DNA of 64,000 nt from Paraspadella gotoi (lineage: Eukaryota; Animalia; Chaetognatha), in NCBI GenBank assembly GCA_051294375.1, contig JBJCIZ010001671.1, positions 17,531 to 81,530 of the forward strand. Reading direction: 5' to 3'. Under the pieces are notes generated by a model, which was not told the origin of the DNA, made no database searches, and worked only from the letters and a program-made list of their open reading frames with translations. The translations under genes were made by a program, and so were the position numbers. Position 1 is the first letter of the stretch; each line of letters begins with the position of its first letter. Below, one piece after another: positions 1 to 13,679 of this stretch.

Positions 1-649
1 AAAAGAGAAAAGATGATAAGTGATTAAACATCCTCACCTGACGAAAAATGAAAATTTTTGCGAGAGGGGTAGTGACTAGTGAGTGATTACATCATAGAAA
101 AATTTGATGTCAATTCAATTTTACTTGAATAATAAGCGACATTTCTTTGTTTTGTTTTCTCTTTAAGGAATCCCACAGCTCCAGGATCCACACTCGTAAA
201 ATGACAGACCGGAAGCTTGCCGCAAGATAGCGGACTACAAGCTCACAAAATGTGTGAGCCAATGGCGCTTAAATGGCGCCACAAAGTTACTACCTTACTA
301 CCACAAGTATGTCGACACAAACAAGTTAGCAACTACCAACACAGTTTGATGATAGAACTGTTAAATTTGTTTGAAACTTACGAATTGCAATTCGTCTCCC
401 CATTAATACAAAATAAAATGGCTCGGTACAAGATCCAGCTACGGTATCACCTATAAATGAAAGATTGTCACTGATATTTTATTTAACTATAACACAAAGT
501 TCGTCTCTCTTTAAAGTAGCAATAAACAAGATATATATTGTTTATGTTTAATAGAGCATCAGTTTTCAAATATTATATTTCCAAGTTCTTAAAAGTTATA
601 TACGAGAATATTTTAAATATAAATATCTCGTTTCAAAGGCGATCTATCA

Positions 650-1823
650 ACTCACTTTTTCGGTCCGTCGGTCCGCCCCCTCAATATTGTCGGGCACACA
701 CTTATATCATGTCAGAACATCGAATTATGATAAATTATGCAAAAAAAATGATGTCCGTCCGTCCGTCTGTCCGTCCGTCCGTCGTCCGTCCGTCCGTCCG
801 TCCGTCCGTCCCACCTTAGCAAAAAACTCCAATTACCCGTGATTGGATGGATGGATTGGTATGAAATTTTGTGTGTGGGTAGGAAACTGTGTGATTGAGA
901 TGGATATGAAGTTTCGAGGGAATCGTGCGAGTGGAAATTGGTTTAAATGGAAAAAACAAAAAAATATATATTCACTATTTGAACGCCAATTGCTCATGAG
1001 TGGATAGTGCAATTGACTTGAAATTTTGTATGGTGGTAGGAAAGTGTGTGATTGAGCTCGATATAAAGTTTCGATGGAATCGTGCGAGTGGAAAATGAGT
1101 TAAAATGGAAAAAACAAAAGTCATATTATCTTAAGTATTTTATTAAATTTACTCATAATTATTTTGTTTATTAAAATTGGATAGATAAATCGAAATTGAA
1201 TTTTGTGTGGTGGGTAGGAAAGTAGTGATAAAGGTGGATAAAAATTTTTTGATGGAATCGTAGGGAGTGGAAAAGAGTTCAAATTAGAAAACCAAAGACA
1301 CATTTATTTGAATTTTTAAAGTTCTCTCTCTCTCTCTCGTCTGATTGATTGATTGATTGATTGATTGATATTGATTGACCAAATTATGCCAGTTGACCAA
1401 ATTCTGCAAGTTAATCAAGTTTTGCAAGTTGACCAAATTATGCCTGTTGACCAAATTAGGCCTAGTTGATAAAATTATGCCAGTTAACCAAATTATGCCG
1501 GTTGACCAAATTATCTTAATTGATCAAATTATGTCAGTTGACCAAATTATGTCAGTTGACCAAATTATGTCAGTAGACCAAATTATGTCAGTTAACCAAA
1601 TTATGTCAGTTGACCAAATTATGCAAGTTGATTAAATTATGCAAGTTGACCAAGATAGCTTATTACCACTTAATTATCGATTGACCTGGAATTTTGTATG
1701 TGAGTAAGAAAAGTGTGTGATTAAACAGGAAACCAAGTTTCGATGGAATCTTTTGAGGGAAATGAGTTTAAATGGAAAAAAACAAAAAACCTGTTTCACT
1801 AATTGATCCTCTCTTTTCCTCCC
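650..1823 (+). mobile_element. Non-autonomous Helentron-associated (HINE/DINE-1-like) repeat, 5'-truncated, ending at N gap
   Basis: Contains a (CCGT)n microsatellite at ~753-810, ~120-bp internal subrepeats (aaagtgtgtgattga...gtttcgatggaatcgt..gagtggaaa) and an 18-bp minisatellite. It is near-identical in inverted orientation to ~37000-38050 and similar to 32200-32914. Confidence 0.6.
1374..1652 (+). repeat. 18-bp minisatellite (GTTGACCAAATTATGTCA)n
   Basis: Tandem units are directly visible and produce the spurious (VDQIMS)n ORF. A reverse-complement copy lies at ~37128-37370. Confidence 0.9.
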
Positions 1824-1851
1824 NNNNNNNNNNNNNNNNNNNNNNNNNTTC

Positions 1852-4646
1852 TCTTTATTACTAACTCCTGTAATAATGGACGAATCTATTTAGCCTAATA
1901 TATTAATAGAGGATTGAGTATTCACTATAGTTATATTAAATAAGGTAAAACAAAAGAAATAAACGGGAGAGAATTACAAATTGTTACTCGGCCAAATCAC
2001 GACTGAAGAATTACAAGCGATCGAAAACCAAAAAGCATTTGTTTACAATTCGGCGAAGGTTATTTGTAAAACTAAGACCGAGATTTTGTAATAATACTTT
2101 AATATTCTGACCCGCCCTTCTAAAATATAATTAATCAATTAAGTGAATTTATTAATTATTCAAAAATAAAACAAAATTGAGGCCAAGAAACAAATTAAGT
2201 AGACATACAAAGTACAGGCATGTGAAGGCTATGCGCAACAAATAGTTAGGAGTAAAGTAAAAGGTAAACGCGCTAAATAATTAGATTAAATATATGGCAT
2301 TAAATGCCTTAAATAGTCAAAAATACTAAAAAAGAACAGTCTGTGGAAATTCAATAAAATACAGTATCATAAACAATCAATCAAAACCAATATTTGGCAA
2401 CTAAAATGTGAAACTAAAAATAAAACTGTTTACATATTTCCTTGGCAACCTCGTCCTAACTCTGACGGACGCTAACGTAACGCCATTGTCTAGCTTTGAA
2501 ACTGGATCTGGAATTCGTTTAGACTCTACTTAATAGCTGTTCTAAAACTTGATATATTTTTATTATAACAACACTTTTGCTTTTATATCAATAACCCGAA
2601 ACACCTAGATTTAGGACATCGGGTCATATCTTGTTGTCGTTCGCCGACTTATCCTTAACCTTAAAGAAATAATTAAGTGATGATTGATTGATTGATCAAA
2701 TTAAATATCAATAAAATATAATAAGTGTTGATATTGAATGATCGAATTATCTATCAATAAAGTTTTCAAATAAGAATAAGTAATTGATAATAATTATGAC
2801 ATATTTTGATTAACTGTTTACCGTTGTGCTAAGATACAATAGTTTGACGAATCGTCCTCGCAGTCTACTGCTGTGATCACCATTTCAAACGCTATCCGTG
2901 ATAGGTTCTTTATGAATGAATCATCACAAATAGGAATGCTTTTAATTTTTACTGTGAATTAATAGAACTAACCAATTAATTTTATTAATTAAAATTAGAT
3001 TAACTTTGCATTCCCATGTATGTAGTGTCACATAAAATAACGTTGATCAATCGTCTAAATGTGACCTTTTTCTCGTAACTTTGACTTTTGACCTTGTCAC
3101 CAGGAGGTCCATCCGCCTGTATTAAGATGTGTTCAGTCTCTCACTATGAGCTGAATGTTTTGCAAGTTCATAATCATTGCAAGATTCTGGACAATGAATA
3201 AGCATTTTTTTTTTCAAAATTTTAACATGTCACACTCCATCCTGTCCCTCTTTTCCAAAAAAATGCATAAAAAATTCTCGTTATTTTATTATTATCCTGA
3301 AATGTAACTGCATTTCTTATCCATTCCATATGGAAATTTTAAACTTAGGTTCGTTTTACTATTTCACTACCTTTTCTTTTACAAAAGAACAAGCAACAAC
3401 AACCGCGTGAAGGCGTGAAAAGTATTATGACAAAAGCAACGTGAGGGGTGTGCAGATATAACAGGAAAAGCACACAAACAATTGCAAAACAAAATATTTT
3501 TTATCAATTTATCATTTCATTCATAAAATATTTTTTAAAATATTAATATTATCAAACAGGGTTTGTTATCATTGAGAAACAAATTGTTCTTATAGTATAT
3601 ATTATAAGTTAGTATTATAGAACATTTAGAAGAGGAAATAATACCCAGTTCGTAACATACTCATCATACAAGGCGCTTCATCACATCACACAAAATCCAG
3701 CAGTGGGTATAATTCTCATCTGACTTTTTAGAAAATTGCATCGGGATCTGCTGATAAGCAGATCCGACTAAAAATTTTTTGGAAAATATTTTATGAATAT
3801 CTAAGGGATATTGTTTAAAAATAAAAATAATTTTTGAACTATGCAATTATATATTAGTATATAATTATATAAAGATTTTAATCTTGACAAGATTACTTGT
3901 TTATTATATTATCTATAAGTTTATTACTGGTCTTTAAGAATAAATGTTAAAATGTAAATTTTAATCTATATTTTTGTATATTGGAGTTAATTATATTCTT
4001 ATATAAAAGTATATTCTTTTATTCTATAATATAAGATTTTTTTTTTGAAAAGATCATATCTTTATTGCCTATGCATTGATTAATATTTTAATGCTTTGGT
4101 GTTTAATATTAAAAAAAATAATAGTAATGTTAATTAACTATATAATGGACAATTGAATTATATATATACAGAAGAAGTGATCAAATTTTGATCCGCCTTA
4201 ATGAATACAGGGTGAAACTATAAAAACGGTTAGTGAATAAAATATGTTTTATTTGAAATCTTATATAAAATTATTTTATGTAATATAGTATATTAATGTA
4301 TGTGTTATGAATGGAAATATGGAAAAGATGAACGTTAATGTGAGTGTTTTTTCTTTTTAAAGAAAACTTTTATGTCAGAATATTAAAGTATTATTACAAA
4401 ATCTCAGTCTTGTATTTTACAAATAACCGAACGTCGGCCTTCGCCGAATTGTAAACAAATGCTTTTGAGTTTTCGATCGCTTGTAATTCTTCAGTCGTGA
4501 TTTTGGCCGAGTAACAATTTGTAATTCTCTCCCGTTTATTTCTTTTGTTTTACCTTATTTAATATAACTATAGTGAATACTCAATCCTCTATTAATATAT
4601 TAGGCTAAATAGATTCGTCAATTATTACAGGAGTTAGTAATAAAGA
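1852..4646. repeat. Pair of ~208-bp inverted repeats (1852-2059 and 4438-4646), possible long-TIR element
   Basis: tctttattactaactcctgtaataat...tacaattcggcgaagg is the near-perfect reverse complement of ccttcgccgaattgtaaac...caggagttagtaataaaga. Confidence 0.75.
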
Positions 4647-5252
4647 CGACAGGCATCATTCATTTTGCCATAAATTTTATTGAATTCATTCAATTTATTT
4701 AAATGAACTCTTTCTGATTTTCATTAAATTATTGGTTATAAATAGGTGACTCAATCATACCTTTATAAATGTTGTTAGAAAGTAATTTTATATTCTAAAA
4801 TTTTAAGATAAAATGTGATTTTGGAAGATGGGTGAAAGGTGAAGGTTTAACTATATAAACTAAAAACAATTATATCTTAAAATTTTAATACAATTTATAT
4901 AAAAGTTAACTGAAGTTAACTGTTGATTTTAATTATTTAAACTGTTAAATTAAAATAAGATAGGGCAACTAATTTAGAGTGTAACCTTGTATATTATAGT
5001 TGTTCTGTTACATTAAAACATCTCAATGCTTAACTATGTATGATAAATAACTTTAATATGTTAAGTATGTAAATGAATAATTTTAGTATTAAAATATACT
5101 AATAAATGATAAAATGTTAGAATATCCTAGTCCAATTTGTGATATATACATAGGATTATACTATGAATTGGTACAACCAATATGACATCATAATTCACTT
5201 TGTGAATTTTACTAAACACAAGTAGATGCAACCTGTTGTTTCTAAAACTCTC

Positions 5253-6017
5253 TTTTACGAAATAACTATCTTTTATATTACGAGGAAATCCAGCTTCTCT
5301 ATCTTTTCTCCCAATGCTCTTTTGTTCTTTATTACTGACATAGAAAATGCCTCCGTTCTAGCGATCGCAACGACATCTTTAGGCTCTTTCTTTTGTTTAT
5401 ACTTAAGTACAGATTTCCGAAGGCAGTGTACAGCTGATTCTGATTGGTGCCCGTGATTTCGATAGATTTCGATTAAGATTCTAATCGAATTCTGGCCACG
5501 TGGTATCTTCAGATTCAGTTGTCACTGGGTTTTTAGTTCTTTTCAGAGCATTAGAAACTCTATTTAGATATCTCGGAATCTTATTTTTTGTGTGATCGCT
5601 GGTTTGGTGGACTTTTTTATGAGAGAAGCATCTCTTTTTGGTTAATATTGGCTTCAGAAACAAGTAAGAAAGACAATTTAAAATTATATATATTTGCTGA
5701 GTTTGTACTAAATGTTTTGTTATTCCTTGCCCAGGACTTCTAACTCAAGACTCTACAGACTCTACTACAGACTCAAGCTCTTCTTCATCAGACATCACCG
5801 ACACTTTGTCAAGTCCTGGGCTTCGTAGTTCGTCGTCATTTCGGCCTTAGCCGACGTCGTCTACTGAGACTTTGTCGTCGTCATCTCCAGGGCGTCTTGA
5901 CCGGCGCCATCGTCTCTTCTGCACCATTTATACCCGAATTCATTTCGTCTTCAATGCGCAGAATTAGTCCAGTCAGTTAGAATTCAAGACGCCACTTCTC
6001 CGAACTTAGTTCAGGCA
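5253..6017 (+). mobile_element. Solo LTR of the BEL/Pao family found at 12913-30810
   Basis: Collinear similarity with 12913-13679 and 30028-30810 (ttacgaaataactatc...ccagcttctc...cttcagaaacaagtaagaa...ttgcccaggacttctaact...aacttagttca). No internal region follows. Confidence 0.75.
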
Positions 6018-6556
6018 GTGATTTCTATCGAGGAATTTAGCAAAAAAAACACTTTTTTCAATATTGTTAGAATATTACCAACAAAAATGATTAAATTTTA
6101 ACTCTAAAACAAAGTTGGCTAGACTACGGATTAATTGAAATCCTCTGCTGCATTTTCTAATTAATAATCAATATCATTTTTGCTACTTTTAATAAAAAAA
6201 ATCATGTCCATTTTTGTCCATTTTGACTTTTGTCTTGAGATTTGAATGCCAAGATTATTGAAGAAAGCTTTTTTACTCCGGCTTTCAGGTCCTTCTTATC
6301 TTCTTTACCTCTGAGTTGGTTCATTTGCGTTCCTTCTTATCTTTTTTACCTCTGAGTTGGTTTCATCTTTGATATTAATCAACTATTGTTTGCCTATGAA
6401 TTAATTTTTAAATTGACTAGTCAAAAACTTACATTTTTACATTTTATTACAATTTGTTAAACGAAAATACTTCAAAATGTCCACCAATTCTAATCAAAAT
6501 ATTCCCCTATTGTTGGTAAAAACATTTCAAAAAATATATAAAGCTTGCATTTTTAC

Positions 6557-9072
6557 TGTTGGACAGGCTAACTATACTAATATGGGGGTAGGGAATCTAA
6601 TGGTAAGGTCAAAAACCGTCGCAAACCTCGATATCGCTTGGACTACCAGGCCTGACTGAATGAGCATTTTTAGCTTTTTTAGAGTTTCCCATAATTTTTG
6701 TAGTTTATTATTATCCAACTGAAATAAACAATAATTAATTAGTTTTTTTATCTTTTTTTACCATTTTAAAGTACAATTAATGATTGTACTTTAGATTATT
6801 TTTTCTCTTCTCTAGCCCTGAAACGAGCATAATACCTAAAAAAGGGTTTTTTTTAAATTTTGCTTAAAAACTTTATTCTATTTTTTTGTAATAATCTACT
6901 AATTTTAAATTTTGCAAACATTTAATTCAGAATAAGTAAAAAGTCTTTTGGTTTGTTTTGGCAATGGTAAAAGTTTTATTTATCTTTCATAGTAAATTAT
7001 GGACATGTTTTGAAAAGTCAATCTCATCAGCATAAATTTAAAAATTTTTGGAGAACATGGTTTGAGAAGAAAAAAAGAGGAGAAGAGAGGAGAGAGATGG
7101 AATGGTTTCCTTTTCAAACCATGTTCTCCAAAACTTTTAATTTGCACTGATGAAAAACTTCCTAGTAATTTACCAAGACCCTATTATCACACAGTATTAT
7201 TTTTAATTTATTAAAAAGAAATTCATAATATTAAAGTAAAATTGATGAATAAAATTTCAAAGCTTCAGAATTGAGTCAGATGTTAGGACAGGGAGAAAGT
7301 AGGGAAGGGAAGGAGAGTGAGTTAAATTTGAGATTGGGTTGAAAAAGGAGAGAGAGAGATCAATACATTTGGCAATGTACAACAGTGAATAAAAATGAAA
7401 AACTAAAAGTAATCAAAGCCCTCGAACCCTCTTTGAAACCGTGGATGGAGGACAATTCAAACTCCCTTCAAGCTATGATTCGCTAATCAAAACTGTGGGA
7501 GCACCAACGCCACCTCAGCACACACGGTGATTCCCTTGTCCCCACTCAATGGGTCAGCGGAGATTTTCTAGCAGGCAATGAACATCTGATGCCTCTCCTG
7601 AGGCCTGCAGCAACTTGGCACGACTTTTCTCGTGCTGAGCGCCGCCAAAACGACGGCTGCAAGGGGAGGGAGAGGAATCTGTATCTCCCGTTTCAAAACA
7701 GGCCAGAACAGACAACTGCCGCCTCACCATCAGGTGAGAGAGGGCTCTCGGCAGGGCCTATCAGGCCAGAGAGATATACGGAGTGGCACTTGGCATTTTT
7801 TCAGCCGGATCTTAGCCAGACCCGAACCAATCCCACTCCACCACAATATCCTCTCAGCCCATTACAGGCAATGAACCGAGCATATCGTAAGAGTAATTGT
7901 CCTTCATTTGCCCTGCAGGGGTGGGGCCCAGGCTCATTTTGAGCCCTCTTCTCATCTTATTTTTTCTTCTTACAAACTACCTAGCTATCCCTCACCAACT
8001 TATTCTTCCACTTCATCATTTCATTCCTACTATTTAAACCAAATCTCACAACATCTTATTTATATTAACTTACTGTTACTTTCGTTTTTCACTTTATTCC
8101 ATGTTATATATTGCCAAATAATTGATCTCTCTCTCTCTCTCTTTCTTTTTCAACCAATCTCAAATTCACTCACTCTCCTCCCTTTCCCTCAACTTTCTCC
8201 CTGTCCTAACATCTGACCACTGTCCTTCTACTCATCATCTTCTTTCGTGGAAACTCTCTCTCTCTCTCATCTCCTCTCAATATCTCCCTCCTTCTCTCTC
8301 TCCTTAAACCAATATAAAAAAATGTTTGTTGAATGTATCTTTTTAAGTACTGACTGACAGACTTCGAAACAGAGTCAAAAACTTGTCCATTATATCACAA
8401 AAAATTAAAATGTGGTTAAAGCAGGAAAAAATTTCGTTTTTCCTCTAATATTTGTTTATTTAAAAATAAACAATAGTTTTGCGCCTTTGCATTGTGTTTA
8501 AAACCAAAATTATTTTTTATTTTCGTTTTTAAAATAAAAAACCGATTGGCATTGTTTTCGAGTAATCATTTTACTTCGAAAAAAATAATTGATATCAAAA
8601 TTAACTCATGTGAAGTGAATAAAATTTAAAAGTTTTAATCTATGTTAAGATGAATAGCCAGAATTAGTTTCTCATATATTGAATATGATTTTTATACAAT
8701 TTTAGTTTACAATCTTGATTGAACTTCCCTTTTAAGAGTGATATTGATAAAAGTAAAAACAGGATGGATGTGGAAAAATGCCGTCCTGGGCGCCTGTTTT
8801 GTTTTAAACTGTTACTGTCAAATTATATAAAATATTAAGAGTTCTATATCAAATAAAAGTGTGTATTTACTTTCTTTAGTTAAAAAAGATAATTTTGAAT
8901 AGAATAATGATATTAAATCGTTTTTAAAATGGTGCGGGAAAAAATTGGGAAAATGCTCGTCAGGCCCGGTGGTAGTTCAAGCGGCTCGATTTCGACTAAA
9001 TGGAGCAATTTCGCTCACCTCACATCAACATTTGCCCACCTCGAACTTGGTATTCTAAAAGCACTGTCCAAC
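6557..9072. repeat. Large degenerate foldback (nested inverted repeats)
   Basis: Best arm pair is 7275-7411 vs 8076-8217 (gtcagatgttaggacagggagaaag / ctttctccctgtcctaacatctgac). Additional symmetric matches at ~6638-6671 vs ~8950-8982, ~6996-7012 vs ~8376-8393, 6558 gttggacag vs 9064 ctgtccaac, and ~7445 vs ~7896. Confidence 0.6.
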
Positions 9073-11561
9073 CATTAAAATATATATTTGAGTCTTTTTG
9101 AACAGATGATTTACATGTTTATGTGTTTGTGCGTGGCTACGCCTAAAAAATCCTAGGGCAAATATTTAATACTTTAGCTGCAAAAAAAATTTTAAGCGCA
9201 CTTACTTATAATCTCCATATTCACATGTGAGGGATTGTGCGAGGTGGCAGTTTATATTTGCGAACTTAAACTCGGTCTTCTTGACTATTATTTTATGTTT
9301 ACATGCTGAGAAACATTACTAACAGTTGCGAATTAAAAAAAACCCGCCTTCTTTTATTCGAAAGGCGCGGAAGCAGTCGCCAAATAATTTCTCTCAATCG
9401 CAGGGTTTTTTGCGAGCAAAAAAATTTCCGCAACACAAATCTTCTGTCGAATTTTTTATAAATCTGTTAGGCACCAAATTCCCACTAAACATACATACCA
9501 CCTACCCTAGATTTTTTTCTCTACATACTGTACATTTTAAGATTTTCATAACATCCAGCTGATATATGATGCAAAAAACATTAGCTTGTGAGAATGCAGA
9601 AAAAGATTGAGATAGAGCAAGAGAAATAGGTTGAAAAAATTGAAGCTTGGAACAGGTGAGAGAGAAGAGTGGAAAGAAATAACTATATTAGGGGACGAGG
9701 ACGAGGGGGAAACCGAGAGACACATATTGTGAGAGAAAAAAAGATAAAGAAACAGGAGAAGAGAATCAGAGAAGGGAGAGGAAGAGAAAAACAGGAGAAT
9801 AAGAGAAGCGGAAAAAATAAAGTTTAAGAGAAGAAAAGAAGGCAATGACCCAGAGAAATATGGGACAGGACAGAAAAGTAGGAGAAAGACAGAGAGAGAA
9901 ATAGAGAGAGACAGACAGAAGGTTCAAGAGAGAGGAAAAAAGTTGAAAATTGAATGGAAAAATCTTAACATAAGCGATCCGAAGCCTGGATCGGACCACG
10001 CATGCATTGATGCATTGCATAACCAAATATTTGATGCGATGATAAGCCAATATTGATGCGATGATAACCAAGATAATTGATGTGATGATAACCAAAGGAT
10101 ATGACATGTCGAGGACTGATAGTCACATATATTGATCGTGATGATAATCATTCATTGATGTTGATGATAATATTCATTGATGTGCGATGATACATCATTG
10201 ACCGCGATGGAATCATTCATCTGTAAATAAAACAAACAAATGCGGATGTATATGATGATGAGAAGAGAGAGTGAAGTGCCTGATCATTTTTACAGTCTCG
10301 TTTTAATAAGAATATCAGAAATTTTTAGGGAAAAAAACTTCACGATAAAATCCCATCGGATGTCAACTTTTGGAAACTTGATGCTTATTTTGAGAAAACA
10401 AGCGCGGAATAAATGGCCCGAGGCATACATAGGAAAGAAAAAAAAAGCAGAGAGAAAGAGAGACGATCTAGAGAGAGAGACTCCGGACCGACCGATCTGA
10501 ACCTCGTTTTTCGACAACTGAGCCTCAGGTTCAGTGGCACGACTCTTTTCCTTCACTCTGAACAAATGTTTTTAATATTGAATTGAAATTTTAGATAGTT
10601 CTTCTATTTTAAGAAGAAAATCCAGACACAGTAGGTTCAAAATTTCAAATATTTGCATATTAACTAATCTATAATAATATTCTATCCCAACTCAAATAAC
10701 CTTATTATTTTTAAAAACAAAGCATTAAAATTGATTAAATATATAGACTAAAAAAATTTTACAGAATTTTAAAATATGTAAAATTATCAGAATAATACAC
10801 ATACGAAGTAATGCTTTAATTGACATATATCTCTCTTCTCAACCTCCTATTTTAGATATAATTGCCAATAGTCGGGCCAACCTGGTCCCAATGTAGTTCC
10901 TTCATCACTAGTAATAACCAAAAACAAAAAAAATTATTATATTTATTAAAGACAAAATGTATACAATATTACTATCTGCAATTCAAATGTAAATTCCTCC
11001 GCGTCAATTGTCGCGGAACATATAGCAGGTATTTTGCTTACAAGGCAGCAAGTGAGATATGTGACATCTGCCTCTGCATTAAGTACAAGTTATTTCTTCC
11101 CTTTTTCTTACCAAAATGAATCCACGAAATCTCGGCATGTAAAACTGGGATTTTGTATTAAGAAAAAAACAAATAAAGTTTTAGAAGAAAAAACATAATA
11201 AGAATTTTTCAAAAAACGAACGATCGTTCATAGAAAGAGATGAAGAGAAAGATAGAGAACGAGAGGAAGAGAGAGACGCAGAAAGAAGCTGACAGAGCCG
11301 GAACTCGTTTACTCGTTTACTCGTTGACCTAATGACGCACCGGCACCTGTGAAAAACATAAAGTCGACTCAAAAACTTAAAAACAAAAAAACAAAAAAAG
11401 AGATCAGAGAGGAGATCGACTGAGAGAGATAACGATTAGTATGATGAGAGAGAGAGAGAGAGAGCTCCGGACACTCTCGTTTAATCCGTCTTACCTGTCG
11501 GCCCAGTGATGGTGGTGAAAAAAAAAGTGGCCTAAAAAATTATTTTTGTAAAAAAAAAGAG

Positions 11562-11597
<36 letters not shown>

Positions 11598-12912
11598 TAG
11601 AGAGAAAGAGGAGAGAGAGAGAGGAGAGAGCCGAACTCGTTTTACTTGTTTACTCGTTCGACCTCTGTGCACCCGTGGTGACAAAAAAAGTTATACAATT
11701 CTTTTTGATAAAAAAAAGACGGAGAGAGCAGAGAGAGAGAAGAGAGCAGATTCTGGAACGAGATTCGCGTCAATCGTGGGCCGACATCCAGACCCATCCT
11801 CGCGTCGTGCAATCCGCGCTTCCCAGGCTCGTCCCCTGGGTCGTTCGCTGCCAATCCTTACCTTTTTCTAGCCTCGGGATCGCTTTCGGGTTCGAAGTGC
11901 ACTATCGCCTTACTCCTTATTAGACAAATTTTACTCATTTTTAATTATTCTTAACAACTATTCTCTTTAGAGCCATGTAATTCCATCTGGTAGAATAATT
12001 ATTAACCAATTTTTCTTTTTGTTAACAATAACAAGTAAAATTTTACATGAAAAATTGTGAAGATGTAAGGAATCGTTGAGTGGAAATTAAATTTAAATTA
12101 AATAAAACCTGTTTCATATTTGCTTTTTTTTTATTAAATTGTAAATACAAGCGTGCATTAATTATTTAATAATCAATTAATTAATCATCAATCAATAATA
12201 ATCAACTAATCAATCAAAAATTAATGAATGCAATTTTTTATTTATCAAGTAATTTAATTAATCAATTATTAACAATCAACTAATTTAATAAATTTATTAT
12301 CAAATTTAAATTATTTTAAAAGAACCAATTATTAAGTTAATCATATGAATTAATCAATTAAACAATGTCAGTATTAACATTGTCGTCATCTCCAACTTCC
12401 GTTTTCTTTGCTTTTGTCTGGTCTAGTGGACCTGAAAGGAAAAGATACCTAAAAAAACTAACAGGCCTGATATGAATTTCATTTCAATTGATCAATCAAA
12501 TTATTCTTTTAATCCCATGACCGGTGTTCTTCCTCGTCATCATCATTCATTGGTCGTTCATTTTTTTTTTCATAATTATATAATAATAAAAACGAAAAAA
12601 CGAACAAGCAAAAATGATAAAAATAAAACAACTAGTATTTACATTAGGTAGCCATAATCTAAGGGTGGTATAACAGGTCATTCTTATTACCACTACTTAC
12701 TACGGGGTCGTCGTTCGTCATTGTATTCGTCGGTCGTTGTCGTCAGTTTTGTTCAAAGTCATTTGAGCTGCCAAATGTTCGATTGTTATTCTTTTAATTA
12801 TAATATTGTTAATTAATTAAATAATTTATATTTTTTCAACTAATTAATTAAATTAATTAGATAATGATGCTTGGGCAGATCCTGATTGTGCTCAAACTTT
12901 ATTATTAATAAT

Positions 12913-13679
12913 TGTTACGTAATACATGATCAATATATTACGAGAAATTTCCAGCTTCTCTACCTTTTCCCACACTGTTCTTTGTTTCCCCTTACTAACG
13001 CAAGGAATATTCCGTTTCTCTGGCGATCACAGCGACATCTCTACGTTTCGATATGTTATTAAAGTATATACTTAAGTACAAGTTTCGAGGGCTGCGTGGC
13101 AGGCTCTGATTGGTTGCCGCCGTTTCGATAGATCTTCAGTCATGATTTACTATCGACGTTTGCCTTTCAGACTTCAACTTAGTCTCACACTGCGTTTTGC
13201 TACTTTTTTAATAAGTTTTCAACAATTCGCATAATAGATATTCTCGGGAACACGCTTTTTTAATAATAAGTTTTGTGTATGCTGGATTGGTGGATTTCTT
13301 CTGTGATAGAAGCAACATTTTACATTTGTCTTCAGAACAAGTAAGAATCTCTTTAAAATTTATATATATATTTCTGAGTGTTGTATTAAATGTTTGTTCC
13401 CTTTGCCCAGGATTTCTAACTTTAGCTTCAAGAGGCTCTTTAGTTCAGAGAAGAATCCTGGATTCGCATCGACCTTGATCGTCGCCTTGCGTCGTACGAT
13501 TCATCTTTTGCCGAGGACTTTTAGTCGTCAGCCCATTCTTGAGTAGTGGACCCCGGTGCTCATTGTCTCTCTGCGCCATCTTCTCGATTTCTCCCTACTT
13601 TTTGGTACGCCGCAGAATTATGTTCAGGAAAAGTTTAGCGAAATCCCAACGATAGCCACCTCCCTAACGACGTTCAGTA
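12913..13679 (+). repeat. 5' LTR of BEL/Pao element (3' boundary approximate)
   Basis: TG start; aligns with 30028-30810 and 5253-6017. Confidence 0.7.

Noticed and set aside
1375-1635. ORF with (VDQIMS)n repeats; CRISPR-like periodicity
   Set aside because: It is an 18-bp head-to-tail minisatellite with no unique spacers, in a eukaryotic repeat; translation is incidental.
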